Source: Candidatus Hermodarchaeota archaeon (GTDB taxonomy: Archaea; Asgardarchaeota; Lokiarchaeia; Sigyniarchaeales; SOKP01). From it: a stretch of 12,053 bases of DNA. How positions within the stretch are numbered: position 1 is the stretch's first letter; each line of letters opens with the position of its first letter. Position numbers and translations under genes: made by a program. The notes beneath the pieces were generated by a model. It ran no database searches. It was given only the letters and a program-made list of their open reading frames with translations, and was not told where the DNA came from. Below are positions 7,401 through 12,053 of this stretch, one piece after another. The stretch is from the NCBI GenBank assembly GCA_048885525.1, contig JBHLLP010000071.1, positions 1 through 12,053 of the forward strand, given 5' to 3'.

Positions 7401-9173
7401 TTATATTTTGAATTGCCCATTTATTAATTTCTGATATAAATGATTATCCAATATTACATATTTTTTGTCTTCTTGATTCCATAGATATATTTTATCAGCA
7501 ATTGATTCGATATCATACCATTCCCGTTGTAGGTTGGTTTTTTTAATTTTATAAGGTCCTGTGATTTCTAGTTCATCTTCACAAATTCGAATAAAAACAG
7601 GAATACAATAAACTGGAAAAACTTCTAAAATAAATCGAGAAAAATCCTCAATCTCAAACTTTAAAGATTGATCTAATTTAATCGCAGCCATCCCTGCTTT
7701 TCCTTCTGTATTTGGAATAGGAACACCATAAACAGCGGACATATAAATTGATGGATAAGAATTTAGAATGGATTCTATTTCAAGGGTAGATACATTTTCT
7801 CCTTTCCATCGGTAAGTATCGCCGAAACGATCTGCAAACGATACCAAAAGATCATCATGAAGCAATAGCATATCATTAGTATTAAAATAGGTATCATCTT
7901 TTAAAAAAACGTTATGTAAAAATCTATCTTCTGTTTTTTCTTTATCTGTGTATCCCTTGAAAAAGGTTGCTTTATCAATTTTAAGTAAAACCATTCCAAT
8001 ATCTCCTGGTTCACATTTAATGCAATAACCTCTCTCATTTCTGTAAAATTCCCCTGTTTCAGGATTTACTTTTACAAGAATTAATCCAGGTTGAGTTAAT
8101 CTCCCTATCATTCCGGGAATTTCCTCAACATTAATAAGAGATCGATGACCTTCAGTTAATCCATAAAATTCATATATATGTTCAATCTGAAAACGAGATT
8201 GAAATTTCTCCCATATCTCCTTTCTGAGTCCTAATCCTAACATCTTTTTGAGTGTATGATTTTTTTCATGTACAGAAGGTGGCTGATTTAGAAGATATCG
8301 AGGAATTTCACCAACATAGATACTATAAGTCGCTTGAAATTTATGAATATCGTTCCAGTATTCAGAGGCAGAAAAACGTTTTCTTATCGCTATAGTAGCT
8401 CCAGTTCGAAAAACAGCTGGCCAGGCAACACCTATAGCTAAATTATGGTAAAGTGGAGTAGGGATATATACAATATCATTTATATCCATTTTTGCAAAAG
8501 CTATTCCTAAAAAGTTCCCTTGAGTAAGTAATTTAAAATTTTCCATTACACAAGCTTTAGGGAGGCCTGTTGTACCTGAAGTGTAAATATACAATGCTGT
8601 TTGGCGTAAAATCGAATTATAAGTAGTATCAGGATTACTTTTGGATAAATTTTTAGTAATCATCTGCAAGTCGGTAAAATCATGAGGATTATTCTTATCA
8701 TTATTAATAACATAAATATTTTCATATGGATAATCTAAATCCTCAACAATTTCAATGAAGTATGGCATACTATCACCATCTACAATAATCCACCTTGGTT
8801 TTGCCAATTTAAAAGAATGGATTAGTGCTTGTTTCCGAAGATTAAAATTAATTAAGGCACTAATCCCTTGCAGTTTATTAATTCCAGCTGTATAAAAGAG
8901 ATATTCAGGTGAATTTTCAAGCATTAAGGCGACAGTATCACTTGGCTCTAATCCTGAATTAAGAAAATGATTTGCGATTAAATTACTTTCTTCATTAAAT
9001 TCTTGCCAAGTCCAAGAAGAATCTTCATATAGTAAGGCTTTTTTATTTGGGATATTTTTTGCTAATTCTTCAATAGAAGTGGCGATACTCTGATTTGGAT
9101 TAGATAAAGCTTTTTGCATTTCTTTACCAAAACAAGTAAAGAATTCAGCTTCTTTAGGGGTATACGTGGGCAT
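7401..9173 (-). CDS. Long-chain acyl-CoA synthetase, FATP/SLC27 (FadD6-like) subfamily, 590 aa
   Basis: AMP-binding YIYTSGTTGLPK, PLYH, FSASEYW, YVGEIPRYL and EFYGLTEG, plus the FATP signature DRFGDTYRWKGENVST and EGKAGMAAI. Confidence 0.93.
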   Translation of the reverse strand: MPTYTPKEAEFFTCFGKEMQKALSNPNQSIATSIEELAKNIPNKKALLYEDSSWTWQEFNEESNLIANHFLNSGLEPSDTVALMLENSPEYLFYTAGINKLQGISALINFNLRKQALIHSFKLAKPRWIIVDGDSMPYFIEIVEDLDYPYENIYVINNDKNNPHDFTDLQMITKNLSKSNPDTTYNSILRQTALYIYTSGTTGLPKACVMENFKLLTQGNFLGIAFAKMDINDIVYIPTPLYHNLAIGVAWPAVFRTGATIAIRKRFSASEYWNDIHKFQATYSIYVGEIPRYLLNQPPSVHEKNHTLKKMLGLGLRKEIWEKFQSRFQIEHIYEFYGLTEGHRSLINVEEIPGMIGRLTQPGLILVKVNPETGEFYRNERGYCIKCEPGDIGMVLLKIDKATFFKGYTDKEKTEDRFLHNVFLKDDTYFNTNDMLLLHDDLLVSFADRFGDTYRWKGENVSTLEIESILNSYPSIYMSAVYGVPIPNTEGKAGMAAIKLDQSLKFEIEDFSRFILEVFPVYCIPVFIRICEDELEITGPYKIKKTNLQREWYDIESIADKIYLWNQEDKKYVILDNHLYQKLINGQFKI

Positions 9174-9372
9174 GATTTAATTGATACTACATTTAAAATA
9201 ATTACAATAAGGTATTTAATTTCAAAATTATATTTATTTTTTGTTTATTTTAATACAAAACTGTATTTTTTATAAATCATGAGAATTAAATGAAAGAAAT
9301 TATTAATGCAAGTAAAATTAACAACCAAAGTAAATAATAAAATTGTTAATAATTAAATAAAAGGTTTAAGAA

Positions 9373-10287
9373 TTGAAACCAAATCTACTTAAAGATGAGA
9401 AAGTAATTATAACAGCAGCGATTACTGGGGGTATTCAAGGAAAATGGGCAAATCCAGCCATACCAATAACTCCTGAAGAACAGGCTCAAGATGCCTTGGA
9501 ATGTTATGAAGCAGGTGCTTCAATATTACATCTTCATGTTCGTGGAGATGATGGACAAAATACGCCAGATCTAAAGTATTATAATAAGGCTGTCAAACTA
9601 ATACGTGAAAAATGTCCAATTATAATTCAAATTGGAAATGGAATTGGTGCTCGCGTAGCATATGGGGTTAAAACTAGTAGTAAGGGACGTAAATATGGTC
9701 AGGCTATAGTGATGCCAACTCTAAAGGAAAGATTGAATCTTCTTAATATAGATCCGCCACCAGATATGCATACCATTAACGCAGGTACATTTGAATTTCA
9801 AACAAAATACGGGAATCATACTTTTGATAATCCTATTTCTTTTAATAAGCGGTATGTTGAAAAATGTAATAAAAAAGGTTTTGGTATTGAGATCGAGGTT
9901 TATGATACAAGTCATATATCAAATGTTGAAACATTAGTCTCACAATTTAAAGTCCTTAAACCTCCATTACATTTTAGTATTGTGTTAGGAATTGGTGGCG
10001 GCGCACCAGCAACAATTAGAAATCTATTAAACATGGTTGATTTATTACCTAAAGGATCTACTTGGCAAGTGGTCACTGTGGGTAAACTAAATCTACGAAC
10101 AACCACTATTGCTCTTTGTATGGGAGGTAATGTAAGAACTGGGCTTGAAGATATTATCTATTATCAGAAAGGCGAAATTGTTCAGAGTAATGCCCAATTA
10201 GTAAAAAGAATGGTTCGATTAGCCAAAGAACTTGGAAGAGAACCTGCTACTGTTAATGAAGCGAGAGAAAAATTAGGTTTAAAATAA
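9373..10287 (+). CDS. BKACE / DUF849 beta-keto acid cleavage enzyme (Kce family), 304 aa (TTG start)
   Basis: IITAAITG, P.TPEE, AGASILHLHVR (Zn ligands), EIEVYD, GGNVRTGLED, SNAQLV and GREPATVNEAR. Confidence 0.93.
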   Translation: MKPNLLKDEKVIITAAITGGIQGKWANPAIPITPEEQAQDALECYEAGASILHLHVRGDDGQNTPDLKYYNKAVKLIREKCPIIIQIGNGIGARVAYGVKTSSKGRKYGQAIVMPTLKERLNLLNIDPPPDMHTINAGTFEFQTKYGNHTFDNPISFNKRYVEKCNKKGFGIEIEVYDTSHISNVETLVSQFKVLKPPLHFSIVLGIGGGAPATIRNLLNMVDLLPKGSTWQVVTVGKLNLRTTTIALCMGGNVRTGLEDIIYYQKGEIVQSNAQLVKRMVRLAKELGREPATVNEAREKLGLK

Positions 10288-10316
10288 AAAAATAAACAAA
10301 TAAAAAAATAAAATAT
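10288..10316 (-). terminator. Oligo-U tract terminator candidate for the MFS gene
   Basis: The minus strand immediately after the MFS stop reads ATATTTTATTTTTTTATTTGTTTATTTTT, between convergent genes. Confidence 0.45.
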
Positions 10317-11774
10317 TTACTTTAATTCAGGATGTTTTTCCAATTCCTGTCTCATTTGTTCGAGTTTTTCACCATGTAGATCGTAAAATTTAAAGAAGAG
10401 AATTGATCCAACAAGAGCTATTGAAGGAAACAGAAACATCAAAGCTTTTATACCGATTTCTCTTAGCAACGGATCAGCTACAACAGGTATATATCTGCTC
10501 CATCCAGTTCCCGAAAATATAATATAAATAGTTGTAATTCCAAGTATCATTGAAAAACGATGAATAAAAGCATTTACACCATAATAACTAGCAGCTCTTT
10601 TTACGCCAAACTTAAGTGCATCTTGATCAATTACATCACCATGAATTATATCGATAAAGAATAGTGCTGCTGATAATCCAAAACCAATCGTTATAAATAC
10701 AAAAAATGATAATAGTCTACTTATATCATTATTTGATAAAAGAGTTAAAGGAAATAATGTAATTATCCATATTCCTAAGCCAATCATTAATCCTTTACGA
10801 GTACCATATTTCTTTCTAATTCTTACTTGAACGGGCATAAAGAATGCAGCAGATAATAATGCTAGCATTAAAGTAACTCCAATCAATAAGGTCCCTTCAG
10901 TCCTTCCTAATACATAAACGGCGTAGAGTGGAAATACCGTTAATAACACATTAAAACAATACCAGATAAGCATATTTCCTAGTGTAAATTTTATAAACGT
11001 TCGATTTGAAAATGTAATTTTCAATGATTGGAAAAATCCTGGTCTTTTTTCGAAATCACTTGTTTGTTCTTCTTTTTCTTTCACACCAAAGAAAATAAAC
11101 AAAATTGCAGTGATTACTATTATTACAGCTAGTACTGTACCAGAAATTACATATTTAGATTGAATACTAGCAACTTCTGCGGCATAACCTACTGGATCAA
11201 CTAGTGGATCAATTTCTGGAACTAACGAAGGAGTAACTATAATAGTTGGAATTAATGAAGCAAGTATTACTGCAATCATTGTAAAAGCTTTAATAAATAC
11301 GTTTACATCTCCTCTTTGCTTTTCCGTTGGGAACATTTCAGGGAAAACAGCATTAGTATTTACTGAAAACATTGTGTAAAAGAATTCAAAGGTGAAAATT
11401 ATGAAGATAAAATACCAAAACTTAAAATTTGCAGGTGCAGTAAAAAGAAAAATCATTATCAACGCTAAAGGAACAAAGGATATTATCAAATAAAATTTCC
11501 TTTTTCCTAATTTTCCTTTCTGCTTTGTTTTCTCACTTAATGCTCCCAATAATGGATCATTAAACATATTCCAGATACCCCATAAGGAGAATCCAATCCA
11601 CATTTCAAGCATTGAAAGCCCTACGACTGCAAAATAAAAAGTAAACACATAAATCGTAAACGCTTGATATGTAATTTAATCTTTGGTGACGTTATAATTC
11701 ACTCAAATTTGATCTGGAAAAGCGTTTGCACCAAATAGTATTTTCTCTTTTAATGATACTTTTCTTTCACTCAT
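10317..11774 (-). CDS. GPH (MelB-like) family MFS transporter in two exons, 11709-11774 and 10317-11675, 474 aa after splicing
   Basis: The body has WNMFNDPLLGALSE, GKRK and DVIDQD...G.KRAASYYG. The ORF-track start (GTG 11648) truncates TM1. In-frame ATG 11774 gives MSERKVSLKEKILFGANAFPDQ, a typical GPH N-terminus, which joins ITYQAFTIYVFTFYF after removal of 33 nt. Confidence 0.85.
11676..11708 (-). other. Putative 33-nt bulge-helix-bulge (BHB) mRNA intron
   Basis: The insert AUUUGAGUGAAUUAUAACGUCACCAAAGAUUAA contains in-frame UGA (11703-11705) and UAA (11676-11678). The central helix is GAUC/GAUU, with two AAA bulges, an intron stem UUUG-A-GUGA/UCAC-CAAA and an exon-exon helix AAACGCUU/AAGCGUUU. 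Confidence 0.82.
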
Positions 11775-11921
11775 ATAATTTCCCTAGTTTAGTTTTAAAA
11801 TTAATTAAAAAATAATTAAATGTAATTAAATCTTGATCTTTTTAAAACTATATCAATACTTATTCAGAATAACTTTAACCTCAATAATATTCATTTAATT
11901 AGAATCATATTTTACATTAAT

Positions 11922-11940
11922 AAAAAAAGAGTATTATAAA
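11922..11940 (+). promoter_or_regulatory. BRE/TATA-like promoter
   Basis: A purine-rich run AAAAAAAGAG is followed by TATTATAAA, about 28-36 nt upstream of ATG 11968. Confidence 0.45.
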
Positions 11941-11967
11941 TTTGAAAATTCTAGAGCGTGATGTAAT

Positions 11968-12053
11968 ATGGCAGATTTAAATATTGAAGTTACTTATTTT
12001 GAAAAGGGTGGACCACATAATACTGATAAAGCTTTACAAATTGCTAAAAAATA
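11968..12053 (+). CDS. Partial CDS running off the window: pyruvate-kinase alpha/beta-like domain protein (COG1751/MTH1675-like)
   Basis: Translates as MADLNIEVTYFEKGGPHNTDKALQIAKK. The YFExxGxxNTxxxL pattern resembles the N-terminus of this archaeal family, but only 28 codons are visible. Confidence 0.65.
   Translation, partial: MADLNIEVTYFEKGGPHNTDKALQIAKK

Noticed and set aside
7105-7434. 109-aa plus-strand ORF
   Set aside because: It is antisense to the SDR gene and the end of the ligase gene, with shadow-like composition.
9174-9372. Imperfect palindromes such as AATTGTTAATAATT (9341-9354) in the ligase/BKACE divergent region
   Set aside because: These are expected by chance at this AT content, so no operator can be assigned.
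9660-9698. ATATGG direct repeat 33 nt apart inside the BKACE insertion, suggesting a second in-frame BHB intron (9666-9698)
   Set aside because: A central AUAU/AUAU helix is possible, but neither flanking helix forms in the 3-nt-bulge register. There are no stops, and removal would not delete the whole insertion. It is probably chance, though cheap to check in RNA-seq.
9721-10106. Two 64-aa minus-strand ORFs
   Set aside because: Both are antisense to the well-supported BKACE gene.
11193-11212. TGGATCAA repeated at 12-nt spacing in the MFS gene (IDPL/VDPV)
   Set aside because: It is a small in-frame loop duplication with no supporting structure.
11646-11648. GTG start of the MFS gene from the ORF track
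   Set aside because: It falls mid-TM1 with no RBS. The upstream in-frame ATG 11774 supplies the expected N-terminus.
11703-11705. In-frame UGA followed by a hairpin, as selenocysteine recoding or readthrough
   Set aside because: A second in-frame UAA lies 9 codons later, and the insert would break TM1. Splicing explains both stops.
1-12053. CRISPR arrays, tRNA/rRNA genes, transposases
   Set aside because: None were seen: no regularly spaced repeats, cloverleaf structures or transposase/integrase motifs.

Overview
This is an AT-rich archaeal window, most likely from an Asgard archaeon (Loki/Promethearchaeia-like). That assignment is inferred from two Rab-like small GTPases without prenylation motifs, a longin/uDENN-like GTPase fusion, a stand-alone Lrp ligand-binding domain, BRE/TATA-like promoters and GGTGA/GGAG RBSs. 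Gene order: box C/D-like sRNA (-), DUF885 peptidase-like protein (-), longin-Rab fusion (+), nitroreductase (+), Rab-like GTPase (-), DUF998-like membrane protein with a TPR tail (+), then a minus-strand run (FATP-type acyl-CoA synthetase, SDR, membrane protein, Lrp domain), a divergent BKACE/DUF849 enzyme (+), a GPH-family MFS transporter (-) and the start of a COG1751-like gene (+). Two signals are invisible in the ORF track. (1) The MFS gene appears to start at ATG 11774 and is interrupted by a 33-nt insert (11676-11708) with two in-frame stops. The insert folds into a bulge-helix-bulge whose canonical cleavage restores the frame exactly, so it is a candidate tRNA-endonuclease-type mRNA intron in a transporter gene. 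(2) A complete C/D'/C'/D guide-RNA architecture lies at 50-142, with possible 16S rRNA complementarity. All family assignments are from motif recognition, not database searches.
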